Notes: generated by a model from the sequence alone, not told the origin. Positions 48,675 through 59,373 are shown, counted from the stretch's first letter. The stretch is 64,000 nucleotides of DNA from Candidatus Bathyarchaeia archaeon (GCA_038883715.1 JAVZLS010000004.1:19144-83143); one strand, 5' to 3'. Numbers and translations: made by a program.

Positions 48675-51473
48675 TTATGCGCCAATCTGCCTTCTTAAAA
48701 TTTCCTCAACCCTTTCTAGAGCCTCTTTCAGTCTCTCTGGTTTTGTGCCTCCACCCTGTGCAAAGTTTGTTCTTCCACCGCCTCCGCCGCCGATTATTGC
48801 TGAGGTTTCTTGGACAATTTCGGCTGCGTTTACGCCTTTTTCAATAGCCTTCTTCCCAGCCATAACCATTATCCTGGCTGTTTTGCCATCGGAGCCATAA
48901 AACACGGCAACTGCCGAGTCATCCTTCCTTATTATTTCGTTTGCCGTTTGAACCATAACATCAACGTCTATCTCGTCCTTAAAATCGCGTGTCACGAGCC
49001 TAACTTCGCCTATTTCCCGGACAACCTCAAGGCTTGGCTCAGCCTTTTTAGCCAGTTTCTCAACAAGCTTTCTTCTCTCTGCCTTTACCTCTTTCAGTTC
49101 TTTAACGAGTTTTTCGGCTGTTTTGTCCAATTTTTCCAGTGGTGCGTTGAGGATTTCTGAAACCCGCCAGAGGAGTTCCTCATTCCTCTGCACCGCCTTT
49201 AAGGCTTGGATTCCAACGGCATAAACAAGCCTTTCAACACCGTCTTGAATTCTCTCCGAATGGGTTATTTTTATGAAGCCTATCTCGCCAGTATTCCGAA
49301 CGTGGGTTCCGGCGCAAGCTTCAACCTCCCAGTCCCCAGCCCTCACAACACGGATTTCCTTGCCGGGCACGGCTCCGCCTTGGTAAAGCCTAAAGCCGTA
49401 TTGGCTTTCAGCCTCCGACCTTGGAAGCCACATGGTTTCAACTGGTATGTTTCTGAAAACAGCCTCGTTGGCTAAAGCCTCTATTTTCTGCACCTCCTCC
49501 CGTGTTAATCTGCGGTAGTGGGATATGTCGAGCCTTGAACTTTCAACGCCCTTTTGTGTGCCAAACTGCCAGACATGTTGCCCCAAAACGCGCCGCGCCG
49601 CGCCATTAACAATGTGGGTGGCTGTGTGCGCCTTCATTAGGGCGTAGCGCTTATCCCAGTCGATAACCCCCTTAACAGTGGCGCCTTCCACTGGAGCCTT
49701 CTTGCCACTAATTTTGTGAACAATAACCTTGCCAACCTTCTGCACATCCAAAACTTCGGCTTTCTCGTCTTCAAAAAATAGCCAACCAGTGTCTGATGGT
49801 TGCCCGCCACCCTCTGGATAGAAACACGTTTTATCAAGAACGACGTATTCGCCACCGCCAATAACCTTTAAGACTTTAGCCTTAAACTCCCGCAGGTACT
49901 GGTCCTTATAATAAAGTGCCTCAGTCTCTGGGAGGCCAGCCACCTCATCCTCAAGCCACTTTTCAGTTTTGGCCTCCTCCTCGGTTAGCTTCTGGGATTG
50001 CATGTGCCTCTCGGCAATCAAACCATAGAAGTTCTCCGGAACAGTGGCCTCCAAACCCTCAGTTTCGGCTATTTCCTTAACGATTTCGGGCGGAACACCA
50101 TGCGAATCATAAAGCTCAGTCATGGTTTCAACTGGAACACGTCCTACGCCTTTAGCCTTGAGCTCTCCAGCAAGCCTCTTTACCAGGCGCTCGCCTCTGG
50201 TTATGGTTTCCTTGTACTTTTCCTCCTCAACGGTGAGAATCTCCAATATTTCGTTGCGCATTTCCCTAAGATGTGGATAGTCCAAAGACCAGTAGTCAAT
50301 CTGCAGTTCAAAAAGATTGTAAAGCTTGTCCGTGATGCCCAGCATCCTTAATAGGCGGTAGATTCTGCGGAAAAGAAGTCTAGCCAAATAACCCTCTTGA
50401 ATGTTGGAGGGCACAACCCCTTCGGAAAGGATGAAAGTTAGGCATTTCGTGTGGTCTGTGACCGCAAAGGCGTTCTCCACTGGAAGCAAAATTTCATCCA
50501 GCCTTTCGGCGTCCACGCCCGCCAACTCGGCTATTCTCTTCCTAGCTTCAAGCCTACCGCCTGTTTTGTCGAGGCTTATTGCGGCTGAAAACTTGGCAAC
50601 CTTAGCCAACAAATCATGATCGACGCTTACTCCAGCTATCTTAAAGATTTTGTCAAGTAACTCGCCGTAGATGGCGTGAAAAGCACTTACGGAGCCTTGC
50701 GAGAGCCACGCGTAACGGTCTATCCCGTAGCCAACATCCACAGTTCGTATTGGCAACTTAATAAACCGGTCGCCGACGACCTTGTACTGCATAAAAACAA
50801 GCGTGGCAACCTCTAACCCGCGAACTATACACTCTAAACATGGACCAGCATTTCCACCCCCAGACCAGACCTCCTCCTTGTAAGTTACCTCTTCCGGCCT
50901 TATGCCCAGCTCTTTGACGAACTCGTCATGATAACGAACCGTTTCGTCCTTCCAGTAAACCTCCTTGTCAGGGTAGTTGAAGGCGTGTTCCCCGCCCATC
51001 TCAAAAATTGTGACATACTTGCCGAAGGTTGGACCAGTATTGGTTATGTCCACAAGGCGGATACAAGGCTGAGCCACAACAAGAGGGTTCGCCGGGGGTG
51101 GGGCAATCCCCTCTGTAACATAGGGCTGAAAGTCGATTATGCTTGCATGGGTCAAGTATATGTCGTCACGCCACCTAGCCACAACAGGGTAGGGCTTTAT
51201 CCTTGTGTGCCCCCGCCTCTCAAAGAAGGATAGGAAGAATTCTCTCATCCCGCGCAGGTCGTAGCTTCCCTTCGTCGGCGAATTTCCAATAAAAGTGTAG
51301 TGGGCACACCCTTCTGGTCTGGCTTCCCCACAAGTTTCCTGTTCGGGATTCAAAGTCCAATAGTATGTGCCGCATTTTGGACAAAGCTTCCTAACGTAGC
51401 CTTTCTCCTTAAAGAATGGGAGGGCATACTCTTCTGCTGGAAATCTCTCCAATTCTGAATTCCTCTGAAGCAC
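48675..51473 (-). CDS. alaS: Alanine--tRNA ligase (archaeal type)
   Basis: YPVVARWRDD, SIIDFQP, HTATH...ACAGTH editing site, GGGGG C-Ala domain. Confidence 0.97.
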   Translation of the reverse strand: MLQRNSELERFPAEEYALPFFKEKGYVRKLCPKCGTYYWTLNPEQETCGEARPEGCAHYTFIGNSPTKGSYDLRGMREFFLSFFERRGHTRIKPYPVVARWRDDIYLTHASIIDFQPYVTEGIAPPPANPLVVAQPCIRLVDITNTGPTFGKYVTIFEMGGEHAFNYPDKEVYWKDETVRYHDEFVKELGIRPEEVTYKEEVWSGGGNAGPCLECIVRGLEVATLVFMQYKVVGDRFIKLPIRTVDVGYGIDRYAWLSQGSVSAFHAIYGELLDKIFKIAGVSVDHDLLAKVAKFSAAISLDKTGGRLEARKRIAELAGVDAERLDEILLPVENAFAVTDHTKCLTFILSEGVVPSNIQEGYLARLLFRRIYRLLRMLGITDKLYNLFELQIDYWSLDYPHLREMRNEILEILTVEEEKYKETITRGERLVKRLAGELKAKGVGRVPVETMTELYDSHGVPPEIVKEIAETEGLEATVPENFYGLIAERHMQSQKLTEEEAKTEKWLEDEVAGLPETEALYYKDQYLREFKAKVLKVIGGGEYVVLDKTCFYPEGGGQPSDTGWLFFEDEKAEVLDVQKVGKVIVHKISGKKAPVEGATVKGVIDWDKRYALMKAHTATHIVNGAARRVLGQHVWQFGTQKGVESSRLDISHYRRLTREEVQKIEALANEAVFRNIPVETMWLPRSEAESQYGFRLYQGGAVPGKEIRVVRAGDWEVEACAGTHVRNTGEIGFIKITHSERIQDGVERLVYAVGIQALKAVQRNEELLWRVSEILNAPLEKLDKTAEKLVKELKEVKAERRKLVEKLAKKAEPSLEVVREIGEVRLVTRDFKDEIDVDVMVQTANEIIRKDDSAVAVFYGSDGKTARIMVMAGKKAIEKGVNAAEIVQETSAIIGGGGGGRTNFAQGGGTKPERLKEALERVEEILRRQIGA

Positions 51474-51531
51474 CTTACATTTCGGTGTTTTAATGGATTA
51501 ACAAGAGGAGTCTTCCATTTAAACTATTTTG

Positions 51532-51846
51532 CTATCCAAGTTTTAAGCCTAAAAGGAAACCGGCGATGAAGCTTCCAGCGAAGGGCAGTAAAGCCACCAC
51601 ATTAGCCAGCCAAGATATGGCTGAACCAGCCCATCCGAGAAAATCGTTTACTGCCTTTAGTAACGCCTCGTAGTTTATGCTTACGTGTATGATTCCCTTC
51701 ATGCCAAGATAAAGAAGCACAATAATGAAAAGTCCTATCAAAAGTAGTATGAGCTTACTCAACTTTTTAAGGGCAAATCCCAAGATGAAGCCGCCTATAC
51801 CACCGACACCAAGCTGGAAGATTATTGAGGGGAAAACCTCGCTCAT
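51532..51846 (-). CDS. FUN14 family membrane protein
   Basis: QLGVGGIGGFILGFALKK...GII.INY...LPFAGSF.AGF.LG; start set at ATG 51846. Confidence 0.85.
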   Translation of the reverse strand: MSEVFPSIIFQLGVGGIGGFILGFALKKLSKLILLLIGLFIIVLLYLGMKGIIHVSINYEALLKAVNDFLGWAGSAISWLANVVALLPFAGSFIAGFLLGLKLG

Positions 51847-51924
51847 TCGAAAGGTTTCTCCAAACCTTTGCCAACTGTTAAATTTTATCACCTTATAAAC
51901 CTTTTAGCACTATTCTAGTGTTGA

Positions 51925-52185
51925 TTGGAGGTGGATGAACTGGAATTGCTTGAAATATACTTGTTAAACTTGGCTTTGACCTTGGGCATGTTCGTTGTTC
52001 TAATTTTTAGGGCATGGATTGAGCTGAAAAACTATAAGCTGATGTGGAAGGAGCTGGAGTGGAGGCAAACCTATCAGGCTGTGGGGCGCATACTAAAGGC
52101 TGAAAAGGAGCTTTTCTCAAAGGTTGAGGGCGGAGACGAGCTTTATAGGTTGTTGTGCGAAATCTTCAAGGTTAAAGAAAGCTAA
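51925..52185 (+). CDS. Hypothetical single-TM protein
   Basis: N-terminal TM helix plus charged helical tail; divergent from FUN14. Confidence 0.6.
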   Translation: MEVDELELLEIYLLNLALTLGMFVVLIFRAWIELKNYKLMWKELEWRQTYQAVGRILKAEKELFSKVEGGDELYRLLCEIFKVKES

Positions 52186-52202
52186 AAATAGTGAGTGCCC
52201 GT

Positions 52203-53543
52203 TTAAGGAAAGTGCCAACCTTCAATAAATTTGCCTATGGGTGTGTGGCGTTTTTCCATACCATAGCGAATGAAAGGCTTTGTTAGATGCCTCTGGGAAC
52301 GGGGCGAAGTGATATAAAGTCCCTTCAGCACCTCACGCTTAACTTTGACAGCAACCTTCTCCAGTTCCGCGTAGCGTGCGCCGCATTTTTCGCACCTAAA
52401 GCCTTTGCCCCTTCCCATAGATTTTAGCCGTTTACCACACTGCGGGCAACTTGGGTTTTGGTAAACAATTTTTGGCGCCAGCTTTAACAAGCGTAGTTTT
52501 TCAAGGTTTATTGTTAATGGACGCCCTTCAGATGGTGGACGAACACCGCCATAAACTTCCACAAAATCGCCGACTACGAGTTTGCTTGCAACTTTTCGCA
52601 ATATGCCAGTAGGCTCGTATGCAGCGCAGTCAACGCAAGCGCTGTCATCCTTAACCTGGAAAATAACGTGCCTTCTCGGAACTACTTTTGGATTTGACGC
52701 CACTGTTCCCCGGGCTATGACCGGGTGGTAGGGTTTTACCTCGCTTAAGTTTTTGACACGTTTTAGGTGGGCGTCTGTGCCGTGGTTTGTGCGGAATATG
52801 ACCCACCGCTCTATTGGTTCAAGGGGCTTAACCATCTCGAAGGCCTTCTTAACAATTTCTGGGGTTTCACCTCTTATACCGAAGAGTATTGGGTCTGGTC
52901 CCCGAGGTGTTATCAAGATCCTGCCAGTTTCCGGGTCAACGTTGTTGAAGGTGTAGGGGGTTGTTGTCCTATCCATTTCCACAACAGATGCCACATCTAT
53001 CCTTCTTTTCGAGCCGCAGTTTTCAGGGACACGGTAGGCTATGACCTCAAAAGTGTGGTCTCCCTCAAGGTTTTCGCCCACAGCGGCTAAACCGCCAATT
53101 ATTCCACGCCCACTTTTGAAGCCTATGGCTTCAGCTTTGAACCTTTTTAGGATTTTTAGGGCCGTTTTCATGTTTACAATGCCTGTTATGGCGTTTTTTG
53201 CAAAGGCTTTAACTTCCCTTGGAATTTTCGCTTTTGGGAAGAAGACAATACCGGGTTCTGTCCCTTTGTAGGCTAGGTCGGAGTTTTCCTCAACAGTTTC
53301 TATCACTGTTTCCTTAACCACGTCGACGAGGCTTTCTTCACATTTTATTCTTAGGCATAAGGCTCCATTCCCCCTCGTTTTCCACGGAACATTTGGGTTT
53401 AGCCTAACAAGGTTCGGATAATCTGTGAATTCTACGCCTAACTTTTGCAGTTTCTCAACTAACAGTGCCGCAATGTAGGTTGTGCATCCCCTTCGCGGGG
53501 AGTCTGTATCATCAAAGCCTATGTGCATGTACTGTAAAGCCAT
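52203..53543 (-). CDS. tiaS: tRNA(Ile2) agmatinylcytidine synthetase
   Basis: DDTDS...CTT, LVRLNPNVPWKTRGN, OB fold, CPQC..CEKC, RHLTKP. Confidence 0.96.
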   Translation of the reverse strand: MALQYMHIGFDDTDSPRRGCTTYIAALLVEKLQKLGVEFTDYPNLVRLNPNVPWKTRGNGALCLRIKCEESLVDVVKETVIETVEENSDLAYKGTEPGIVFFPKAKIPREVKAFAKNAITGIVNMKTALKILKRFKAEAIGFKSGRGIIGGLAAVGENLEGDHTFEVIAYRVPENCGSKRRIDVASVVEMDRTTTPYTFNNVDPETGRILITPRGPDPILFGIRGETPEIVKKAFEMVKPLEPIERWVIFRTNHGTDAHLKRVKNLSEVKPYHPVIARGTVASNPKVVPRRHVIFQVKDDSACVDCAAYEPTGILRKVASKLVVGDFVEVYGGVRPPSEGRPLTINLEKLRLLKLAPKIVYQNPSCPQCGKRLKSMGRGKGFRCEKCGARYAELEKVAVKVKREVLKGLYITSPRSQRHLTKPFIRYGMEKRHTPIGKFIEGWHFP

Positions 53544-53636
53544 CTAAACGCCTAACAGCATTACCTTTCTGAAGACTTAAAAATGGTGTGCTTTGGCAAA
53601 CACTTTGATTTTTGAAAATAAAAGGGAGTGGCTAGG

Positions 53637-53879
53637 CTATTTTGCCGATTCTTCAACCACAATCATTGTTAATGTTGACCTAACCTTGTCAAGCCTACGG
53701 ATGCGCCAGGTAACGATTTCCTTAAGTTTGTCCATTGATTCTGCGCTAACTCTTGCGATTATGTCGTATACGCCGTAGACGGCGAAGGCTTCCTCAACAC
53801 CCTCAATCTTCTTTAAATCTTTTAGGACGTCTGCTTCTGAGCCTATCTCCGTGTTGATTAATACAAAGGCTTTAGGCAT
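53637..53879 (-). CDS. Stand-alone Lrp/AsnC ligand-binding (RAM) domain protein
   Basis: AFVLIN...VYGVYDIIARV...IRRLDKVRSTLTMIV. Confidence 0.9.
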   Translation of the reverse strand: MPKAFVLINTEIGSEADVLKDLKKIEGVEEAFAVYGVYDIIARVSAESMDKLKEIVTWRIRRLDKVRSTLTMIVVEESAK

Positions 53880-53925
53880 TTAAACCTCCTCACACTATTG
53901 TCTAGCCTTAATCCATTAAAATATT

Positions 53926-55143
53926 TTGTGTTACCGGGAAAGGGAAGCTACGAACATTTTAAAATGGACTGGAATGTATTTTATATCCATGCGTTTGCAT
54001 GTTGTAACTGTTTACTATATGGTTTCGGCTTTAGGCGAATTCTCTTTTGAAATTCCTTATTTGGCTTATTATCTTTTCCAAAGCCTTGGGCTGGGCTACA
54101 GCTTCTTGTATATGGCGGTCTTTGCACTTGTTTTCGGCTTGTTTGACTATCCGACCGGTGGTCTTGCAGACCGTTTTGGAAGAAAACGCACATACGCTCT
54201 GGGCTTAGCTTTCGTTGGAATCAACTATTTGATTGTAGCGTCATATACTTTCCCCGCTGTTGTGGTTTTAGCCGCCTTCTTGGCTGGCTTTGGAGCTGCC
54301 CTTCAAAGCGGCTCCCTTGAAGCTTGGATAACCGACGAGTTGGGGAAAATAGGAAAGTTTGAAGATTTGGACAAGGTCTTTGGACGGGGGACATCCTTCA
54401 GCCTAGTGGCGGATGTTGCCGCTGGAATTGTTGGGAGCACCATCACATTTATGGTTGGATATTGGTGGACCATTCCAACAGCTGGAATTGTCGCCGTGGC
54501 AGCCTTCGTATTCGCGATGATTTTTATGCCGGAAAATTGGGGCGCAGGTGAAAGGGAGCCCTACACCAAACTGCTGAAGGACGGAGCCAAATGGATTCTC
54601 GGAAAGAAAACGATGTTGTTTTTAGGACTAGCTCAAACCTTCTTCATTGCTGGTGCCTACTCATATTGGGAGACGCTAACGCCCGTCTATGGCGAGAGGG
54701 GAATACCAGAAGCCTTCTTTGGCTTGATATGCTCAGCCATGCACTTGCCAGCAGTGGTCACCACAGCCTATGCATACCACTTAACAAGAAAATTTGGCTG
54801 TAGGAAAACGGTAGTCATTTTGTCTTGGGCTTGGACTGGTTCATGTCTTCTAATTACATTTTTAGCCCACCCAGCCGCCACCATAGCGTTAGTCATAGTG
54901 TTAGAAAGCCTTATTGCCACACGCCATCCCATAATTGAATTTTGGCGGAATATACTTATACCTAGCAGTGTACGGGCAACCGTTCTAAGCGGTTTAAGCA
55001 CCTTGACGCATGTTGGGCAAAGCTTCGCCTTGTTCATATTATCCCCACTCGTGCAAGTGTACGGAACAATTTGGGGGCTACTCTCGGCAGTTGCCCTAAC
55101 AACAGTATCAAACCTCACCCTATTTTTCACAGAGAAAGACTAG
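53926..55143 (+). CDS. MFS transporter
   Basis: About 12 TM, DYPTGGLADRFGRKR motif A, SGSLEAW; start uncertain. Confidence 0.9.
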   Translation: MCYREREATNILKWTGMYFISMRLHVVTVYYMVSALGEFSFEIPYLAYYLFQSLGLGYSFLYMAVFALVFGLFDYPTGGLADRFGRKRTYALGLAFVGINYLIVASYTFPAVVVLAAFLAGFGAALQSGSLEAWITDELGKIGKFEDLDKVFGRGTSFSLVADVAAGIVGSTITFMVGYWWTIPTAGIVAVAAFVFAMIFMPENWGAGEREPYTKLLKDGAKWILGKKTMLFLGLAQTFFIAGAYSYWETLTPVYGERGIPEAFFGLICSAMHLPAVVTTAYAYHLTRKFGCRKTVVILSWAWTGSCLLITFLAHPAATIALVIVLESLIATRHPIIEFWRNILIPSSVRATVLSGLSTLTHVGQSFALFILSPLVQVYGTIWGLLSAVALTTVSNLTLFFTEKD

Positions 55144-55219
55144 TTTTGAATTAGGAGACTGTTCAAAATTGAAAATGTTCTTATCCTTAACGCGTAATAT
55201 TAGCTGTTAGGTTTAAGAC

Positions 55220-56773
55220 ATGACTGTTGAAAGTGTTGTGGGAGGATGCGTTACAAGCCGTGAAATGCGGGCTTTGGAACTGAACGCCGAATATTTTGGG
55301 GTTTCCCAGCTTCAGCTTATGGAAAATGCTGGGCGAAACGTGGCTGAGGAAATAGCCAGAAGATTCACTCCAGACAAGAAAGTGGTAATTTTCTGTGGTT
55401 TGGGCGGTAATGGCGGGGATGGTTTTGTTGCGGCAAGGCATTTATCCTCCATGGGTTTTAGGGTAACCATTATTCTAGCTGGAAGGGTAAAGGAAATTTC
55501 CCATAAAGCGGCTTTGGAGAACTGGAAGGCTCTCCAATTCCTAAAGGAAAGCATAACCATTCACGAAGTTTCTGACAGTGCATCAGTGCCAAGCGTAGAG
55601 GCGGAAGTTGTCGTTGATGCGCTGCTTGGAACTGGCACAAAGGGCAGGCTTAAGCCTCCAATACAACAGATTGTTGAAAAAATCAACATGTTAAACGCCT
55701 TTAAAGTGGCTGTTGACGTGCCAACGGGCATAGACTCCGACACCGGAGAAGTTCTGGGAACAGCCGTAAAGGCAAATTTGACAATAACCTTTTACAAGGC
55801 TAAGGCTGGCTTGGAGAAAGCCAAGGACTATGTTGGCGAACTGCTGGTCAAGGATATAGGCGTGCCGAAAGAATTTGAAAATTATGCTGGACCGGGAGAT
55901 GTCAACCTCGTTGTGAAACCTCGCCCTCCAGAATCCCACAAAGGCGATTTCGGCAGACTACTCGTTGTTGGCGGAAGCGAAACCTTCTCCGGCGCTCCAG
56001 CACTGGTGGCTCTTGCCGCCCTCAGAACTGGTGTTGATTTGGCTTATGTCGCCGCACCCCACAAAACAGCCCATGACATTGCCGCCCTCACACCAGACCT
56101 AATAACGATAAAGCTTGACGGGGAACACTTAAACATGGGCAATATCCCAGCCCTAAAAACATTTGTGGAAAAGGTGGACGCCGTCGTCGTCGGTCCTGGA
56201 TTAGGGCTTCATGCGGAAACAAGACCAGCAGTTAAAGCCCTAATTGAGGCTGTGGAGGAGGCTGGCAAACCCCTATTGTTGGATGCTGACGGCTTGAAAA
56301 CCTTCGCAGAATTTAAGAGAAGGCTAAATGTGCCAGCCGTGCTTACACCCCACGCCGGAGAATACGCCATACTAGCTGGAAAGGGGCTGCCGGAAAACTT
56401 AAAGGAAAAAGCCTTAGAGGTGCAGAAAACAGCCGCCGAGCTGGGCGTTGTGCTGCTTCTAAAGGGTGCGGTGGACATCATAGCCGACGAAAAACACTAC
56501 AAACTCAATTTCACGGGAAATCCTGGCATGACGGTTGGCGGAACAGGAGACGTGCTTTCAGGCATTGTAGGTGCTTTCCTAGCTCAAGGTGCAGACCCAT
56601 TTGAGGCGGCGGTTGCCGGTGCCTTTGTGAATGGGGCTGCTGGAGACTTTGTCTTTGAGGAGAAGGGCTACCACATGGTGGCATCAGACCTTCTAGATTG
56701 GATTCCAAAAGTTTTGGACAACCCAATGAGCCACTTAAAGGTGCAGAAGTCGGGTGCAGCAAAAACCAGTTAG
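55220..56773 (+). CDS. nnr: Bifunctional NAD(P)H-hydrate epimerase/dehydratase
   Basis: LMENAG, GNGGDG, DVPTG, SHKGDFG, TPHAGE, GGTGDVL. Confidence 0.95.
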   Translation: MTVESVVGGCVTSREMRALELNAEYFGVSQLQLMENAGRNVAEEIARRFTPDKKVVIFCGLGGNGGDGFVAARHLSSMGFRVTIILAGRVKEISHKAALENWKALQFLKESITIHEVSDSASVPSVEAEVVVDALLGTGTKGRLKPPIQQIVEKINMLNAFKVAVDVPTGIDSDTGEVLGTAVKANLTITFYKAKAGLEKAKDYVGELLVKDIGVPKEFENYAGPGDVNLVVKPRPPESHKGDFGRLLVVGGSETFSGAPALVALAALRTGVDLAYVAAPHKTAHDIAALTPDLITIKLDGEHLNMGNIPALKTFVEKVDAVVVGPGLGLHAETRPAVKALIEAVEEAGKPLLLDADGLKTFAEFKRRLNVPAVLTPHAGEYAILAGKGLPENLKEKALEVQKTAAELGVVLLLKGAVDIIADEKHYKLNFTGNPGMTVGGTGDVLSGIVGAFLAQGADPFEAAVAGAFVNGAAGDFVFEEKGYHMVASDLLDWIPKVLDNPMSHLKVQKSGAAKTS

Positions 56774-57278
56774 AATAGTCGTTTATCATGCTGGGCAGTG
56801 CGACCCCAAAAAGTGCACAGCACTAAAACTCAAACGCCACGGGTTAGTCCAGCTTGTACGCCAAATAAAACATTTGCCAAGAAGGGCTGTTGTATTAAAC
56901 CCGTACTCGAAAAAGGCTTTCTCGCCAGCCGACCGAGAGCGCATAGCAAACTTTGGTTTGGCGGCATTAGACTTCAGCTGGGAACACGCCGAAAAACCTT
57001 TACTGAAAAGCGTGAGGGGCACATCCCGCTGCCTACCATACCTAATCGCTGGAAACCCGGTCAATTTTGGCTGTCCAACAAAGCTCAGCACGGCTGAAGC
57101 CCTAGCTGCAGCCCTCTACATAGCCGGATACCGCCAAGAAGCCCTCAAGCTTTTGTCCATATTTAAATGGGGACACACCTTCATAGAGCTAAACAAGGAG
57201 AGGCTTGAAAGCTACGCGAAGGCAAAAGACAGCGGCGAAATAGTGGAAATGCAGAAGCGGTGGATAAAAACCGTTTAG
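56754..57278 (+). CDS. tsr3: 16S rRNA aminocarboxypropyltransferase Tsr3
   Basis: QCDPKKCTALKL, D.SW, LPYLIAGNPVNFG..KLSTAEA, FKWGHTF. Confidence 0.93.
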   Translation: MQQKPVRIVVYHAGQCDPKKCTALKLKRHGLVQLVRQIKHLPRRAVVLNPYSKKAFSPADRERIANFGLAALDFSWEHAEKPLLKSVRGTSRCLPYLIAGNPVNFGCPTKLSTAEALAAALYIAGYRQEALKLLSIFKWGHTFIELNKERLESYAKAKDSGEIVEMQKRWIKTV

Positions 57279-58396
57279 GCTTGGCTTGCCTCCATGGTTT
57301 CGGGATTTTCCAAAAACTCTCTTATTGTGGCGAGGAACTTTGCCGCCGGTGCGCCGTCAACAACCCTGTGGTCAAAGACTAGGGTTAGGTAGCCAACCTT
57401 TCTCGGTTCTACTCGTCCATCCTCCGTGATATAAGGTTCGGCTTCTATGCTTCCAAAAGCCAATATCGCCGGGTCCGGCGGATTAATTATTGGCGTAAAA
57501 TATTGTATTCCTAGTGCCCCAAGGTTTGTGACTGTGAAGTTGTGGTTTGACTGCTCCTCAAGAGTTATTTCGCCCCGCAAGCCCTTTTCTTGAAAATCGT
57601 TGATCCGCCGTGTTAGTTCTTGGATAGAAAGCCTATCCGCGCCCCTTATGACCGGCGCCATCAAGCCTTTTGGCGTGTCCACAGCCACGGCAATATTGAC
57701 TTCCTCATGGTAAACGAGCTCTCCGCCCTCCAGTGTCACATTTAGGTTCTTGTGCTTTTGGAGGGCTAAGGCGACAGCTTTAACAGCATAAGCCGTGAAA
57801 GAGCCGCCCGTCTCCATCCTATGCTTGACAAGTTTGTCTGCGGCAAACTTTGTTGTTAGGGCTACGGGCAAAGCCTCATGGAAACCAGCACTAAGCCTCT
57901 GGGCAATGGCTTTTCTAATTCCGGCAAATGGAACTTTGCGCTCAACTGGTTTGGCTTCAGCCTCTGCCTCTGGAATGGCTATGCCTCTTTCCCGTGCCGC
58001 AAGCAAAACATCCTCCTTAGTTATTCTCCCTTCAGGACCAGTGCCCCTAATCTCTTCTAGGGATATGCCAAGCTGGGCTGCCAGCTTCTTTGCTAGTGGA
58101 GAAGCCTTAATCTCGACTGGTGCCGGTTTCTCAGCCCTTTCAATGGCTGGGGCTTTCTCCTCCACGCCTTCAATTTGGCATATGGGCTGACCAACCTTTA
58201 CAACTTCGCCTGCCTTGCACAAGATTTTTGTTATTCTTCCAGTGTAAGGGGAGCGCACCTCAAAGGTGGTTTTTTCGCCTTCAGCTATGGCTATAACTTC
58301 GTCTACTTGAACAGTGTCGCCTTCCCGTTTCAGCCACTCGGCAATTATGCCCTCAGTCATTACCGGGTCTACTCTTGGAAAGACAATGACGGGCAT
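57275..58396 (-). CDS. Dihydrolipoamide acyltransferase (E2)
   Basis: Lipoyl domain (EGEKT), ASPLAKKLA..GTGPEGRI binding domain, DHRVVDG. Confidence 0.93.
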   Translation of the reverse strand: MPVIVFPRVDPVMTEGIIAEWLKREGDTVQVDEVIAIAEGEKTTFEVRSPYTGRITKILCKAGEVVKVGQPICQIEGVEEKAPAIERAEKPAPVEIKASPLAKKLAAQLGISLEEIRGTGPEGRITKEDVLLAARERGIAIPEAEAEAKPVERKVPFAGIRKAIAQRLSAGFHEALPVALTTKFAADKLVKHRMETGGSFTAYAVKAVALALQKHKNLNVTLEGGELVYHEEVNIAVAVDTPKGLMAPVIRGADRLSIQELTRRINDFQEKGLRGEITLEEQSNHNFTVTNLGALGIQYFTPIINPPDPAILAFGSIEAEPYITEDGRVEPRKVGYLTLVFDHRVVDGAPAAKFLATIREFLENPETMEASQA

Positions 58397-59373
58397 TAGT
58401 GCACCATCCTCCTTGCCGCCTCACATATCTTGTCGGCATTAACCAAATACTGGTTTTCCAGAGGCTGAGCGAAGGGTACTGGTAGGTCTGGCGAATTAAC
58501 CCGTACTGGTGGAGCATCCAAATAGTCGAAGGCTTCTTCCACAATGCGGCTGACTATTTCGGCTGAAATCCCACCAGTTTTTGTGCTGTCATCCGCCACC
58601 AAAAGCCTATTCGTCTTCTTAACAGACCCCACCAAGGTTTTCACGTCCAATGGGTTTAGTGTCATTAAATCCACAACTTCGACGTCTATGCCTTCAGCTA
58701 AAAGCCTATCCGCCGCCGCAAGCGCCTCCCTAACGGTTCTGGAAAAAGCCACAATCGTCAAGTCTGAACCCTTCCGCTTTATGTCGGCTTGACCAATAGG
58801 GATTAAGTATTCGTCTTCTGGCACTGGACCCTTCCAGCTGTAGAGCACGCCGGACTCCACAAAAAGCACAGGGTCATCACCTCTTATGGCAGATTTCAGC
58901 AAGCCCTTAGCGTCTTTAGGAGTGCCGGGAAGCACCACCTTCAAACCCGGAACATTAAGGAACCAAGAAGCCAAAAACTGGCTGTGCTGGCAGCCATGAA
59001 CCCTTCCAAGGCTGTACTGCGTCCGGACAACCATTGGGAGGCTTACTTGCCCGCCGCTCATAAACCTAATTTTCGCCGCGTGGGTTACCAGCTGGTCCAT
59101 GGCTATGGTGATAAAATCCATGTACATTATCTCGGCGACTGGTTTTAGTCCGGCGAGGGCGGTGCCTATGGCTGCTCCAACTATGGCGGCTTCTGATATG
59201 GGTGTGTCCTTAACCCTTTCTGGTCCGAATTTTTCCAGCAATCCCTTTGTGACTTTGTAGACGCCTCCGAATACGCCTACGTCTTCGCCGAAAACTATTA
59301 CGCGGTCGTCTCGTTCCATTTCCTCCCGCAGTGCCTCGTTTAGGGCTTCAGCGTAGCTTATCTCTCTAACCAT
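58396..59373 (-). CDS. 2-oxoacid/acetoin dehydrogenase E1 beta
   Basis: GEDVG, DTPISE, QHSQ; start set at ATG 59373. Confidence 0.94.
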   Translation of the reverse strand: MVREISYAEALNEALREEMERDDRVIVFGEDVGVFGGVYKVTKGLLEKFGPERVKDTPISEAAIVGAAIGTALAGLKPVAEIMYMDFITIAMDQLVTHAAKIRFMSGGQVSLPMVVRTQYSLGRVHGCQHSQFLASWFLNVPGLKVVLPGTPKDAKGLLKSAIRGDDPVLFVESGVLYSWKGPVPEDEYLIPIGQADIKRKGSDLTIVAFSRTVREALAAADRLLAEGIDVEVVDLMTLNPLDVKTLVGSVKKTNRLLVADDSTKTGGISAEIVSRIVEEAFDYLDAPPVRVNSPDLPVPFAQPLENQYLVNADKICEAARRMVH

